Both the position numbers and the translations under genes were made by a program. From Nitrosopumilus sp. (GTDB taxonomy: Archaea; Thermoproteota; Nitrososphaeria; Nitrososphaerales; Nitrosopumilaceae), in assembly GCA_965203315.1 (NCBI GenBank), contig CBDBCE010000005.1:24660-88659 (forward strand): DNA of 64,000 nt. The letters run 5' to 3'. Under the pieces are notes generated by a model. The model ran no database searches, had not been told where the DNA came from, and worked only from the letters and a program-made list of their open reading frames with translations. Below are positions 42,683-53,239 of this stretch, in pieces. Every line of letters starts with the position of its first letter. Positions within the stretch are counted from its first letter, which is position 1.

Positions 42683-44214
42683 AGACATTATGCGTTAGTC
42701 GTTTTCAACGATACCAAAGCTAGTTGAAATTCGTAAGTTATTGCGTCAACGTCATTACACAAGTGTCTAAAATTAGAATATCTCATTCAACTTTGCAAAT
42801 ACAATCAAAATATTGCGTTAATGTACATGAATGTACAGGAATACAGTAAATCATAAACAGATAATGGTATCCTGTATTGCATTGTGATGTTTTAGCCGTA
42901 TCTCTTTCTCAATTTGTTGGCACGCCGATGATATGCACGCAATAGCTTGTCAAATCTCTTGGTTGACCGATCGCGTCTTTTGTCCCATAATATGCCTGCA
43001 TTTACAAGTGCTGCTACCTCTTCGATTCTTTTTTCTAAATCAGGTTCAACACATTCAATTTGTTGTTGCATGTGACGATACTGCTTGATCATTCCTATGG
43101 AATTTTCAACCACCACGCGTTCTGAGCTGTGATCTCGGTTAAACTCTTTCTGCTCTTTGGTGAGCTCGCCGCCACGAGGTTTTTTGAATGGTACGATAAA
43201 GTTTGTTCCTGGAAATATACTCTCGCCACCTTGGTATGCAGAATCCTGACGCATCTTTATTCTCTCTTTACGTGGAGTTGATGGATCTCTCATCTTGTCT
43301 TCCCATTTACCAAATCCCAATTTCCACTCTTTGAGTATGGTTATCTCGTGCGTACTGCCATAGTATAATGGACTCATAGTTAGGATCAGCTTTTCTTTGT
43401 TCACCATCACTAGAATTACACAAGTGTGTTTCTTTAGTTTGCCAGACCTTGACCACGTTTCTAACTGAGAATCTGATGGTATATCGATTATGAAATGAGT
43501 CCCATCAATTGCAGTCTTTAAGCGAGGAATCCATTCTCGTAGATCTTGTAATGTTTTACATTTAGAGATCTGGTCTGCTATATCTATTGGTCTTGTCCAA
43601 GATTGATTCAGGAATCTACGTACATGTCTAGTATGTCTAGAGACATTGCTTTGACTCATATCAAATATGGACCCAATCACATCTTGAGTCATTCCAGCTC
43701 GAGTAGACATAAACTCCATCAACATGACAGCTGTTGTGCTTAATACTGACACCTTTCCTCGTCCAACATTAACGCCAGAGTATTGTGGTATCTTTGGTTC
43801 ACCATCTAGTTTCTCTTTACGTCTCTTGTTGAGTTGATCATTGCGTCTCTCTCTAATTGATTCATCTTTGATGTATTGTTTGTATTCTTTATCATACAGC
43901 GCGAATAGATTGGGAGTCATTTTTGTGAATTTATACAAAGTAGTTGGTTTGGAGAGGATCCTCTTACAAAAATCATCAACCTTTTCTGTTTTCTGTCTGT
44001 AAAAATTAGGTTTATTGTTCGCCTCTTGGTCGAGTTGTTCTGCAACAGTATCTCGTTGTTGCTCTAGTTCACTAACAGTCTGCTCTAACTCTTTTACTCT
44101 TTGCTGGAGACACAGTATTTGTCCGTTTGACGTACTAGTTTTTTGACTCAATGATTGCTATTTTTAGACCTACGATCTAAGTGTTTCGGTCAAAACGACT
44201 AACGCATAATGTCT
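42683..44214 (-). mobile_element. IS5-family (ISL2/Harbinger-like) insertion sequence
   Basis: Perfect 23-bp TIR AGACATTATGCGTTAGTCGTTTT; 3-bp TSD TAT. Confidence 0.9.
42892..44151 (-). CDS. DDE_Tnp_4-type transposase, intact
   Basis: HTH (IFDMSQSNVSR), IDGTH, QDSAYQG, PFKKPRGGELT..QKEFNR.HS.ERVVVENSIG. Confidence 0.9.
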   Translation of the reverse strand: MSQKTSTSNGQILCLQQRVKELEQTVSELEQQRDTVAEQLDQEANNKPNFYRQKTEKVDDFCKRILSKPTTLYKFTKMTPNLFALYDKEYKQYIKDESIRERRNDQLNKRRKEKLDGEPKIPQYSGVNVGRGKVSVLSTTAVMLMEFMSTRAGMTQDVIGSIFDMSQSNVSRHTRHVRRFLNQSWTRPIDIADQISKCKTLQDLREWIPRLKTAIDGTHFIIDIPSDSQLETWSRSGKLKKHTCVILVMVNKEKLILTMSPLYYGSTHEITILKEWKLGFGKWEDKMRDPSTPRKERIKMRQDSAYQGGESIFPGTNFIVPFKKPRGGELTKEQKEFNRDHSSERVVVENSIGMIKQYRHMQQQIECVEPDLEKRIEEVAALVNAGILWDKRRDRSTKRFDKLLRAYHRRANKLRKRYG

Positions 44215-44336
44215 TATATCTACTCATCTTTTTTTCATTAAAAATACACAAAAGCTTTGATCATGTTATTTATACCAAAATTTATTTCAACTAGTGTATT
44301 TAGGCAGGTAATTGACCAAAGGGTACTTGCCACACA

Positions 44337-44834
44337 CTAAAAATCATTCTTGTATTGATTTGATAAACAATCTAATTTTTGAACTGCCATTGTCTTTATT
44401 TTGTGCTCAAAATCATTAATTGCTCCTAATTCTTTCATGATATTTATTAAATCTGTCGTTGTTTCAAAACATAATTCATCACAAAATTTTTTTCTAGGAC
44501 GATTTTCGTCACATATTATACAGATCTCTCCATATTGATTCCTCTTTGATTGAGCATATGCCACACACTCGCTTTCCCCATGATCTAGTTTATAGTCGTT
44601 TTTAATTTGTTTTACTTTATCTTGTTCAACATCTTCTTTTCGTATTATTTTGTGAAGTATTAAATCATCGAGAATTTTTCTGCCGGGCTGGCTTTGAACT
44701 TCATTAACAACACCTTGTGGTACAACTAGATCGTAAAATTGCGACAAATTAAATATTCCGTTTCTACATTTCATTTTGCTTAAAAGTTTTATTAATACCA
44801 TGGCATCAAAAATTTTTATTTTTGGCTCGTACAT
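44337..44834 (-). CDS. PIN-domain protein (DUF3368-like), putative toxin RNase
   Basis: IFDAMVLI, V.QGVVNE, LDHGESECVAYA, ICDE acidic residues. Confidence 0.8.
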   Translation of the reverse strand: MYEPKIKIFDAMVLIKLLSKMKCRNGIFNLSQFYDLVVPQGVVNEVQSQPGRKILDDLILHKIIRKEDVEQDKVKQIKNDYKLDHGESECVAYAQSKRNQYGEICIICDENRPRKKFCDELCFETTTDLINIMKELGAINDFEHKIKTMAVQKLDCLSNQYKNDF

Positions 44835-45526
44835 AATCTATCATAAAATTTCTCTAAATCTTCACCTGCTATCGATGCAGCCTTTGATGTGCTTATGCAT
44901 TCTTTTGAATACATAGAAATGGCTAGTTTTCTACGATTTGTTATTAATCTGTGACATAATTCAGATTCCACATTCATCTCTTCTTGATGTGAAAAATATG
45001 CCAATGCTAAAAACTCATCTACAGTTAAATTATTAAACGATTCTTTAAAATCTTCCGTAATTGCAAACTCTCTCATTGTTAGATCTTGCTTAATTGCGTG
45101 GTAGTTACGTAACCCTCTGTTAGTGAGATTTAATTTAGCTTCATGTTGCGCAACTAATTTCAATTTAATTAAATCATTTATCTTATTTTGTATATTTATA
45201 CTATGTAACTTAAAGTCTATGTAATTTAATTCTATGTCTAGATTTTTGAATACAAATTTTAACAGGTATATGTATATTGGTACATGTGTGAGTGATGTTG
45301 TTTGATTGTTGTTTTGGCCTAGAACTATAATAATGATTTTTGATACTTGATCCAAGTCACCATTTTTATATCTTTCTATTAGTTCTTTCCATTGAGTATC
45401 ATAATTTAATTTGTTGTTTTCATTATTCATGATTATTGTTCCATTATTGCTTAGCCTAGGTATATGATTTCTCGAAAAAACATGATTCATTGTTGATTCA
45501 TTTTTCAAAGTATTTTGCGAATTCAT
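44816..45526 (-). CDS. wHTH + UPF0175-like HTH protein (putative antitoxin)
   Basis: LNLTNRG wing; LAISMYSKECISTSKAASIAGEDLEKF UPF0175-like HTH. Confidence 0.7.
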   Translation of the reverse strand: MNSQNTLKNESTMNHVFSRNHIPRLSNNGTIIMNNENNKLNYDTQWKELIERYKNGDLDQVSKIIIIVLGQNNNQTTSLTHVPIYIYLLKFVFKNLDIELNYIDFKLHSINIQNKINDLIKLKLVAQHEAKLNLTNRGLRNYHAIKQDLTMREFAITEDFKESFNNLTVDEFLALAYFSHQEEMNVESELCHRLITNRRKLAISMYSKECISTSKAASIAGEDLEKFYDRLCTSQK

Positions 45527-46359
45527 TAGTTAATCACCTCCCGGTTAGATACTTGACTTAACATTACCTCTTTTGGATTAATAATTAAATTATTTGTGGA
45601 CTCTTGAGATTCCATAAATTTTATAAAATACAGTCTCCATATCTTTATCATATTCCACAAACTATCGTCAACAGAGTTATCAGAATAATTATTCAATGTG
45701 GATTCAAATCCCACGATTAATGGAAACAACTCGTTTTCAATTCTATCTTTAAAATCATCATTAGTTGATGTTCCGTCAACATATTCGTATATGTAATATA
45801 TCATTTGTAATAAACTGAAAATACGAATATCATGCTCTTTAATTCCATATAAACTTGCATTCCGAGTAGTTTCATTCAAAATCGATGCTAGCAGCTTGTT
45901 TCGTTTATATTTTAAAATTTCTTTTTCATCTAGAAGAACTTTCACTAATTTTTTGAGTATGTTGGAAGTTATTGCTGGGTTTAACTCATAGTATTTTATT
46001 TCTTGCTCTGATAAAATATAGCTTCTTATTTCTTCAAATGTTAGACAAAAATCACTCCAAATGTATTTTAGATACGATTCGTTTGATGAGCTAGTTAAAA
46101 TATGATTTGAGAAAGATATGATGCTTTTAGACACACTATCTTTTGATTTATTGGGGGAGCTAATGGCAATCATTGCAAATTGCTTTTGAAAAAAAGCAAA
46201 AATTCCAAATGATTTTTTGTCAAAGGCCCACGCATTGGACATTATTCTATTGGATAAGGCATTGGCCGATTCAAAGTCTCGCTTTTTAATACAATCCATG
46301 TAGGTTTGTAATTCTTGTCGGTATTCTTGTATAGTGTAATCTGGTTCTGTTTCACTCAT
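45526..46359 (-). CDS. Hypothetical all-helical protein, first gene of the PIN module
   Basis: Probable start MSETEPDY at 46359; GGAGGTGA SD-like sequence and TAATG coupling to the next gene. Confidence 0.7.
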   Translation of the reverse strand: MSETEPDYTIQEYRQELQTYMDCIKKRDFESANALSNRIMSNAWAFDKKSFGIFAFFQKQFAMIAISSPNKSKDSVSKSIISFSNHILTSSSNESYLKYIWSDFCLTFEEIRSYILSEQEIKYYELNPAITSNILKKLVKVLLDEKEILKYKRNKLLASILNETTRNASLYGIKEHDIRIFSLLQMIYYIYEYVDGTSTNDDFKDRIENELFPLIVGFESTLNNYSDNSVDDSLWNMIKIWRLYFIKFMESQESTNNLIINPKEVMLSQVSNREVIN

Positions 46360-46578
46360 GATTTTTAATAGTAAGCATGTTGTTTTAACCTTTGCGTGGT
46401 TGACATATCCGTGTACAATCGCTAGGCTGGTGGCATTCTTGATGTGTTGTGGGATTTGAGAGTTCACGTATGTCTGCCGATCATGACATTTGACAGATCT
46501 GCCATTATTTCCAGATCCAGACAAGACAAACCTTTCTAGTTAAATGCTAAATACTATGACATACCAACAAAATGGGGC

Positions 46579-47400
46579 ATGGATGCAGTAGACAACTCTA
46601 TAATAGAACAGATCGAGATACGAATGATTCGCCCATCACAATTTCCTATAAGGCATGCAGATCAGACAGAAATATCTGATCTAAAGACTAGTATAAGAGA
46701 ACACGGTCTACTGCAACCAATAGTAATACGACCTGTAGATCGTGGATTTGAGATAGTCGCTGGTCATAGAAGATTTGCTGCATGTCGTCTATTGCACTGG
46801 CGATTCATTACATGTAAGATACGAGATCTGACCGACAGACAAGCATACGAGATACAATTAACAGAGAATATCCAACGCAGATCTATGGATCCTATAGAAG
46901 AGGCGGAAGCATATCAAAAGTATGTGAGTGAGTATGGTTGGGGCGGAGTGAGTGAGCTTGCAAGAAGGATTGGAAAGAGTCAAGAGTACATATCGCATAG
47001 AATTCAATTACTCAAACTTCCAGAACCGGTTCTAGAGGATGTATCTGATAAGAGACTGAGTCCTAGTCAGGCATTTGAACTAACCACTGTAGATGACTCG
47101 ATGAGATCCAAGCTAGTAAACGAGATCATAGACAACAATCTCACTGTAAAACAGATACGTGTGATAAAGAGACAATCCAAGACAGAAGAGAAGCCAAAGA
47201 CTAAAAGATCGATTCACATATTAAAAAAGAGTCAACTCTCTCTCCGTGTATCTCTCTCACAGATAGATAGTTTGATCGAAGATGCTCACAAGGCAGCTCC
47301 AAAGGATCGTGCAGAACTCATAAAGTTTCTAATGTCTCTACGACTCCAAACACACTCAATGATAGATGATACAATAAAGTTCAAAAAACAACATTCATGA
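46579..47400 (+). CDS. parB: ParB/Spo0J-like protein
   Basis: SIREHGLLQPIVIRP, EIVAGHRR, ENIQR, HTH ELARRIGKSQEYISHR. Confidence 0.88.
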   Translation: MDAVDNSIIEQIEIRMIRPSQFPIRHADQTEISDLKTSIREHGLLQPIVIRPVDRGFEIVAGHRRFAACRLLHWRFITCKIRDLTDRQAYEIQLTENIQRRSMDPIEEAEAYQKYVSEYGWGGVSELARRIGKSQEYISHRIQLLKLPEPVLEDVSDKRLSPSQAFELTTVDDSMRSKLVNEIIDNNLTVKQIRVIKRQSKTEEKPKTKRSIHILKKSQLSLRVSLSQIDSLIEDAHKAAPKDRAELIKFLMSLRLQTHSMIDDTIKFKKQHS

Positions 47401-47934
47401 ACCTAAAAATGGTGGGGCCCATTCTTTTAGGAACTTTTTGTACTCTGCTTCGGTATATGTCAATGCGTAGATTGATGCTTCTGTCTGAGGTACAAAGTCA
47501 TACACCTCATAAACCTGGATGATATCTCCAAACAGATTGCGGTATATGTCGTTCTCTTCATCTGCCATTTGGTTTGATAGGAATGACTTTATCGTGATCC
47601 AATCATATCCGCCACGTGTACGTCCAGAAAATAGTACAAACGGCGCATCATTGAGATATTTTTTGAGTCCCTCTAGACGTTTGGGAAGAGCTTGCGATGT
47701 ACGAAACGTAACTAGATCAACTCTGATCACTTTGTGAGGAATCTTTTTAGAGTCCACAGTTATAGTATATCCTTTGATGACTTGGTCATCTTCCATCTTT
47801 GCAATCCTTGACTCGATCTCTTCTTCGGTGAGATTATAGTTGAATCCTCTAAGATAGTCCCAGATCTCAAAGACACTCTGTTTAGAATTCTGAGAGAGAG
47901 CAGATATGATGTACTCGTCTATCCTGTCAATCAC
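47395..47934 (-). CDS. Lrp/AsnC-like transcriptional regulator
   Basis: DRIDEYIISAL...RIAKMEDDQVIKGYTITVD. Confidence 0.75.
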   Translation of the reverse strand: MIDRIDEYIISALSQNSKQSVFEIWDYLRGFNYNLTEEEIESRIAKMEDDQVIKGYTITVDSKKIPHKVIRVDLVTFRTSQALPKRLEGLKKYLNDAPFVLFSGRTRGGYDWITIKSFLSNQMADEENDIYRNLFGDIIQVYEVYDFVPQTEASIYALTYTEAEYKKFLKEWAPPFLGS

Positions 47935-48256
47935 TTCACTATTGATAGGAATACTGACTATTTAACAAGCTTGTACTATATCGTACTGGTTCCAATCTCA
48001 AGACTCTGAATGATCAATCGCGACTTTGTTTTTCTGCTATGATCGTAGACCGTGATCGTAGACCATGATTGTATGTTTTATCGAACTAGAGATCAAAGCC
48101 ATCCAATATGCTTGATACTGTTATCTGTTTGGACAAAATCAAGATGTATGCATATGTGTACATGATCCTAGCGTTTGTACTATGCATACTTGATATTTGC
48201 ATGGTGTTTAGTAAGATCTCGTAAATGTTAAAATTATACAAAGTTGTTGTCTAGTC

Positions 48257-48673
48257 ATGAATATTCCAGACCCGCCCTCTGTAGCGGGTTCGTATGAACC
48301 TATAATGCAGACCACCAATCTGATATTCGTCTCTGGTCAGATTCCTCTCCGAGATGGCACGATAGTATATACAGGTAAAGTATCTGACGCAAATTTAGCT
48401 ATGGCACAAGAGTCTGCAAAACTATGTGCTATCAATCTACTCGCTCAGATAAAGTCCAAACTTGGAAGTTTAGACAAGATACAATTCGTGCGCGTATCTG
48501 GATTTGTAAATGCAGTTCCAGAGTTCACTCAACATCCAAAAGTTATTGATGCAGCCTCGAGACTATTGGTAGATGTATTGGGTGAGCGAGGCAAACACAC
48601 TAGAATAGCTGTGGGTGTATCTAGTCTTCCTGCCAACTCGATGACCGAACTAGACGCAATCGTCCAGATATGA
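48257..48673 (+). CDS. RidA/YjgF family protein
   Basis: FVSGQIP, GKHTRIAVGVSSLP. Confidence 0.88.
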   Translation: MNIPDPPSVAGSYEPIMQTTNLIFVSGQIPLRDGTIVYTGKVSDANLAMAQESAKLCAINLLAQIKSKLGSLDKIQFVRVSGFVNAVPEFTQHPKVIDAASRLLVDVLGERGKHTRIAVGVSSLPANSMTELDAIVQI

Positions 48674-48755
48674 TCATCTGATTTGATTCTTGTTGAACTC
48701 GGTGATCGAGACTAGTTGAGCATCTAGAGAATTTATCAGATGACATTACATGTTG

Positions 48756-49229
48756 TTATTTGACCACCATCTTGGTCTTTCGTAGTCTATACATAGACAG
48801 GCCTACAAATCCAAAGATCACGGACAGTCCCATATATGATAAGAGATCGCTGTACTCGATCAGCACAGCTGATGCTCCGGCTCCGACAACACTGGGTAGT
48901 AATGATAATGCATAAAGCCACCAACCACAGCAACCTAATGGAACTAGTGAAAAGAACGAAAAGAATGATGTAGCAGTGACACATCCAGAGTTGCTACCAA
49001 TACTCTTTCGTTGTGTATCTATGTTACAACCACGTAATCTTCTCTTCTCGGATAGAGTTACCTGTAATCCTATCCCTACACCCATCCCAAATATTATGAT
49101 GGGATTTATCCATAATGCCGCAGATATCGCGTCTATTGGAGCAAGCGCTGGCGTCGTAATGACTACTATGCCTAGATAGACTAGAATTGTAGATGTGCAC
49201 GCAATAACTCCTTTGTGGTGTGGTCTCAT
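48756..49229 (-). CDS. Membrane protein with a Cys-Cys motif
   Basis: Four hydrophobic segments; LGCCG; overlaps the DUF3179 gene. Confidence 0.7.
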   Translation of the reverse strand: MRPHHKGVIACTSTILVYLGIVVITTPALAPIDAISAALWINPIIIFGMGVGIGLQVTLSEKRRLRGCNIDTQRKSIGSNSGCVTATSFFSFFSLVPLGCCGWWLYALSLLPSVVGAGASAVLIEYSDLLSYMGLSVIFGFVGLSMYRLRKTKMVVK

Positions 49230-50326
49230 TGTGTATCGCCATACAGTAGAGTCTCTGGATGAAACGCAACCCATTCGAACCAAAATCCTGGTGATGATGC
49301 AAGACGTTCCAAACTCTCTCCTTCAAGACTACCTGATACTGCAACGCCTTCATAATTCCATGTGGACCCTGTCTGGGTGTCGATTATCGTACCGTCTATT
49401 ATTTCAAAATCGAGTGTCATGTCTGATATTCGTCGATCAAATACACGATAGTTTTCCTCAAACAATGATAACAATAGTACTGGTACATCTCCGACCGAGT
49501 CGTTAATTAGACTCTCTGTCTCAATATCGTGTTGTCTATATGCCTTGTAGGTGGCATCTAGATGTAGCCCTGCTATTATCTCCTTTGGATGTAACGTATC
49601 ATCTTGATGTGTTACTGGAAATATTATGTTGGGTTCAGTGTAATAGTTTCCATATGGATCAGTACCATATGCACGTACATGTCCGGTATCTGTCGTAAGT
49701 ACTAGAGTCTCGGGATACATGTTCTTCCAATCTTTCCACCGCATCAGATCAAATGGTATAATACTCAAGCTCTGTCCTGCTAGATCCCCCTTTACTGCAG
49801 TACCTGTAGCTTGACTCCAGTACGAGTTGGTAAGACGATCGTACATTAGTAGATTGCTGTTGTATAGTTTGCCCGATGTCCCAAACTCAACGGTCTTGTC
49901 ATCTATACTTCGTATAAAGACTTGACTTGTATAACACAAAGGACAGTATGTTACTGCCACCGGAATATCGTCTATTACATCGTTGACTATCTCATGCCAG
50001 ACTAGAATGAACAGAGGATATGCTTTTACTTCGGTCTCTGTCGCTATGCCTATTACAATATCACTATCTGCGATGAGGCCATCTGTTGTAGAGAATATGG
50101 GTTCATCTATGGATGGAATGCCATCTTTTGGTGGTCCTCCACTTCGTATCTGATCAAGTGGGATGGTATGCTTTATGCCATCCGTAGTGTATGTCTCTGA
50201 ATCTGTGATATTGTCTATGACAGATGCAGATCTGTTGACATTATTTGGCAATGTCATCGTTGGTACGATGATGATCAAGATAATTACTATGCCGACAGAT
50301 ACCCCACCAATGATCTTAAAGTTCAA
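49226..50326 (-). CDS. DUF3179 family exported protein
   Basis: GGPPKDGIPSID, WHEIVND, TYCPLC, SGKLYNSNLLMYDR, FWFEWVAFHP. Confidence 0.88.
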   Translation of the reverse strand: MNFKIIGGVSVGIVIILIIIVPTMTLPNNVNRSASVIDNITDSETYTTDGIKHTIPLDQIRSGGPPKDGIPSIDEPIFSTTDGLIADSDIVIGIATETEVKAYPLFILVWHEIVNDVIDDIPVAVTYCPLCYTSQVFIRSIDDKTVEFGTSGKLYNSNLLMYDRLTNSYWSQATGTAVKGDLAGQSLSIIPFDLMRWKDWKNMYPETLVLTTDTGHVRAYGTDPYGNYYTEPNIIFPVTHQDDTLHPKEIIAGLHLDATYKAYRQHDIETESLINDSVGDVPVLLLSLFEENYRVFDRRISDMTLDFEIIDGTIIDTQTGSTWNYEGVAVSGSLEGESLERLASSPGFWFEWVAFHPETLLYGDTQ

Positions 50327-50587
50327 CTAGATGTACAACTGCGTCTAGACTATTAAGAATTACTAGATATGTTCTGTTGACTTGTCCAAATGACCGTTTT
50401 GGAGAACATTTTTAAGAATTTTCAACTCATTCTCAACCAAGCAAATAATTCAAAACTTATGAGTACCGTTTATGGTTGTGATTTATCACAAGTGCAAGAC
50501 ACATTAAAAATATCTGTTAAAAGTTTTTCTAAGATACACACAACTCGACAAATTATTAGAATCATCAAAAGGGCGTTTATACAAATG

Positions 50588-51532
50588 TTAGAGATTTCCT
50601 GATTTGATATCGTTGAGACACTTTACAATGTCTTCTTTAGAGATTGGTATCGGATTCGGGTCTAGGTGACCTCTATCTGTCATCACAACATCTGCGGCAT
50701 CATTGACATCTGCCTTTAAATCGAGCTTGTCGAATCCAAGCTTGTCCATTGCTTGTTTGAATCTATCATAAAATATCGAGTTGTTGTGTTTATGCGCAAC
50801 AGTTGTACACGAAGATAGAGAGTAACCGTGAGGAACGCCTTCATTTGAAAATACATAAGACAATGCATGTCCTAGTGTTGTAGAGCAGTTACCGAACCCC
50901 ATTCCAGACAACATTGATCCGTATGGATACTTTTCTGGCGTGTCGTTCATTATTGCTTCGTACAATATATCGAATGCTTTTTTACATAACGTTCTCGTAA
51001 GATCATTTCCTAGTTTGCTGTCGTAGCCTTCAGTTGCTTGTGCACACGCATCACATACCGAGTTTTTAATAACCTGCTCTGGAGTACCATCCATAAAGTA
51101 CGAGTCGATTACAGCAACATCTGCTAGGAATCTGTCCTCTCGAAGTAGCTTCTTCTTGCCATCAAACTTTAAGACACAATATGTGGTCATCTCGGCTCCA
51201 GTACCAAATGTGGTTGGGATTAGGATCTTTTCTTTCTTCATTTCTGGCGCTGCATACTTTACAACATCCATCGAGCTTCCGCCCCCTAGTCCGATCAGGA
51301 CTGATGGATCTTTATCCTTGAACTGTGAGATCACTGTATTTACGTCGTCTATAGATGGCTCTGGAGTTACTTTATCATATAACATATAGTCAGTAATTCC
51401 CATCTTTGCAATCCATTTGTCAGATAGTTCTGGCGGAACAGTGGTAACGATCAAAGCATTTTTAGGATACTCTGTAGTACTTAGAGCATCATTGCCAAAA
51501 TTTATGAGCTTGGGAACTCGTAACGTATCCAT
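50588..51532 (-). CDS. Fe-containing alcohol dehydrogenase, probable malonic semialdehyde reductase (3HP/4HB cycle)
   Basis: GGGSSMD, PTTFGTGAE, GHALSY...PHG; resembles the N. maritimus enzyme as recalled from memory, not searched. Confidence 0.75.
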   Translation of the reverse strand: MDTLRVPKLINFGNDALSTTEYPKNALIVTTVPPELSDKWIAKMGITDYMLYDKVTPEPSIDDVNTVISQFKDKDPSVLIGLGGGSSMDVVKYAAPEMKKEKILIPTTFGTGAEMTTYCVLKFDGKKKLLREDRFLADVAVIDSYFMDGTPEQVIKNSVCDACAQATEGYDSKLGNDLTRTLCKKAFDILYEAIMNDTPEKYPYGSMLSGMGFGNCSTTLGHALSYVFSNEGVPHGYSLSSCTTVAHKHNNSIFYDRFKQAMDKLGFDKLDLKADVNDAADVVMTDRGHLDPNPIPISKEDIVKCLNDIKSGNL

Positions 51533-51810
51533 GGATTTGAAGATTTTTTGATTATTATTATGTCTTTGTTAAACAAGCACTCAAGTTATCCGTACATGAA
51601 ACCAAGTATGAACTATATGTTGAGACGAAAAGATGTCTGAGATGATAATAAATAATCTATGCATTCTAAAGACAATACATGGCATATGATTTCTAGAGAT
51701 GAAACTCGATCGAGTGGCCATATTTGGTTGTCGCACAAATTGATCCAATGATCATGCACATGCCCCTTATGATCGTATTAGACAGCACTTGCGTTTTCAC
51801 GTGTAAATGT

Positions 51811-52212
51811 TTATTCTGCGTCAGAAATCTTGGCAGGATTTGTGTTCGTGTCTAAAATATATTGTACAGATAATCTGCGTTGTTCAATCAGTTGATTTAT
51901 GAATCTAGTTCTATCTAGAATAAACTCATCTTCTACTTTTACATCTGTTGTAATCTGGGCAAACATGGTCTCATCTTGTAGCGTAATGTGGACAGTGTCA
52001 AGATCTCGTATGCGAAATGTTCCAATTGACCAAAACAGCCCTACATGAAGGGCAATGTATCTAGATTGTATGTGTGATATTTTGTCTAGATACAACTCTA
52101 CATGATCTCGAGATTGCGTTACATACGTTTGGTCTGTTTTTATCACCCACGAGATCTTTTTCTGGGTACCGTCTATGTACAATACATGATACGTATTTTT
52201 ATCATTTGTCAA
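51811..52212 (-). CDS. Hypothetical protein, RNase H-like fold possible
   Basis: LYIDG start and YIALHVGL helix. Confidence 0.55.
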   Translation of the reverse strand: MTNDKNTYHVLYIDGTQKKISWVIKTDQTYVTQSRDHVELYLDKISHIQSRYIALHVGLFWSIGTFRIRDLDTVHITLQDETMFAQITTDVKVEDEFILDRTRFINQLIEQRRLSVQYILDTNTNPAKISDAE

Positions 52213-52234
52213 TTTATAATCTGAAACTATTATT

Positions 52235-53239
52235 CTACTTTATCTTTTTGTTTAACTCTGTGATGAATTTATTTATCTTTGGTTTTGGAATTACTGCACC
52301 ACATGCTTTATCGTGGCCTCCACCAGAACCACCTAATTCTGTTGCCAATTTGTTGACTATCTTGCCTAGATGTACTTTACACTCCTTTGAACCTCTGATT
52401 GAGACGGCATAAATTCCATGATCTACTCGCTCTTTGTATGCAACACCAACCTTCTTTCCTGATAGCCCCATCACAAAGTTGACTGCACCACTAGCTCCTG
52501 CGTCAAGAATCTCCATGTATCCCAAGTTCTTTTTGGTCTTCATGCTGCTTTTTACTTTTGTCATTATCTCAGCTAATTTAGCAACTTGAATCTGAGCAAA
52601 CTCGAAAGCGTTTGGCAGTTCATGTGGAAACTTTGAATCTGCAAGTTCTTCGACTAGATATAACAGATAATCTGGTTCTTTCTGGTGCCCAACTATATTG
52701 TATGTTAGTACAGTCGCGTTAATCAAAGCAAACTGTCTATCATATATCTGTAAAAGTTTGGAGCCTATGGGCCTATCTTCCATATAGTCTGTTATGGCTG
52801 CACACGCTGCAATAAATTTCGCATGATCATGTAATTTCGATTTAAATTTTGTATATACTTGAACTGCAGTACACTCTCTAATATCATGAATGACCTTGAC
52901 CTTTAGTCGCGTTAATGCACGAACAACACTAGGATCAATATCGTGATGATCTACATATGTGATTGATACCCTCTTTTTACGTAGTGTTGCCATTATCTCT
53001 ACGAATTCGTCTTGTGTTTTTTTACTGAGCCCTAGATCACAGATATACAATGACTTTAGCCTTGTGTCTGTCAAGAGTTCGTTTAACGCATCCATTTGAC
53101 CAGGGTAATCGACTAGAACCGTATCTCCACCAAATGCTTGTCGAATCAGAGCGGCTGAGCTTATTCCGTCTACATCTTCTTTATGTGATATGCATATTAT
53201 TCTGTCTCGTTTTATGACCTTTGATTCAGATTTTACCAA
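52235..53239 (-). CDS. DHH/DHHA1 phosphoesterase
   Basis: HKEDVDG, CDLG, DHH, GGGHDKACG. Confidence 0.9.
   Translation of the reverse strand: MVKSESKVIKRDRIICISHKEDVDGISSAALIRQAFGGDTVLVDYPGQMDALNELLTDTRLKSLYICDLGLSKKTQDEFVEIMATLRKKRVSITYVDHHDIDPSVVRALTRLKVKVIHDIRECTAVQVYTKFKSKLHDHAKFIAACAAITDYMEDRPIGSKLLQIYDRQFALINATVLTYNIVGHQKEPDYLLYLVEELADSKFPHELPNAFEFAQIQVAKLAEIMTKVKSSMKTKKNLGYMEILDAGASGAVNFVMGLSGKKVGVAYKERVDHGIYAVSIRGSKECKVHLGKIVNKLATELGGSGGGHDKACGAVIPKPKINKFITELNKKIK

Noticed and set aside
46360-46524. N-terminal 55 aa of the 332-aa ORF call
   Set aside because: The paralogue at 20083 aligns only from about MSETEPDY, and a TATA-like TTAAAA lies upstream of 46359.
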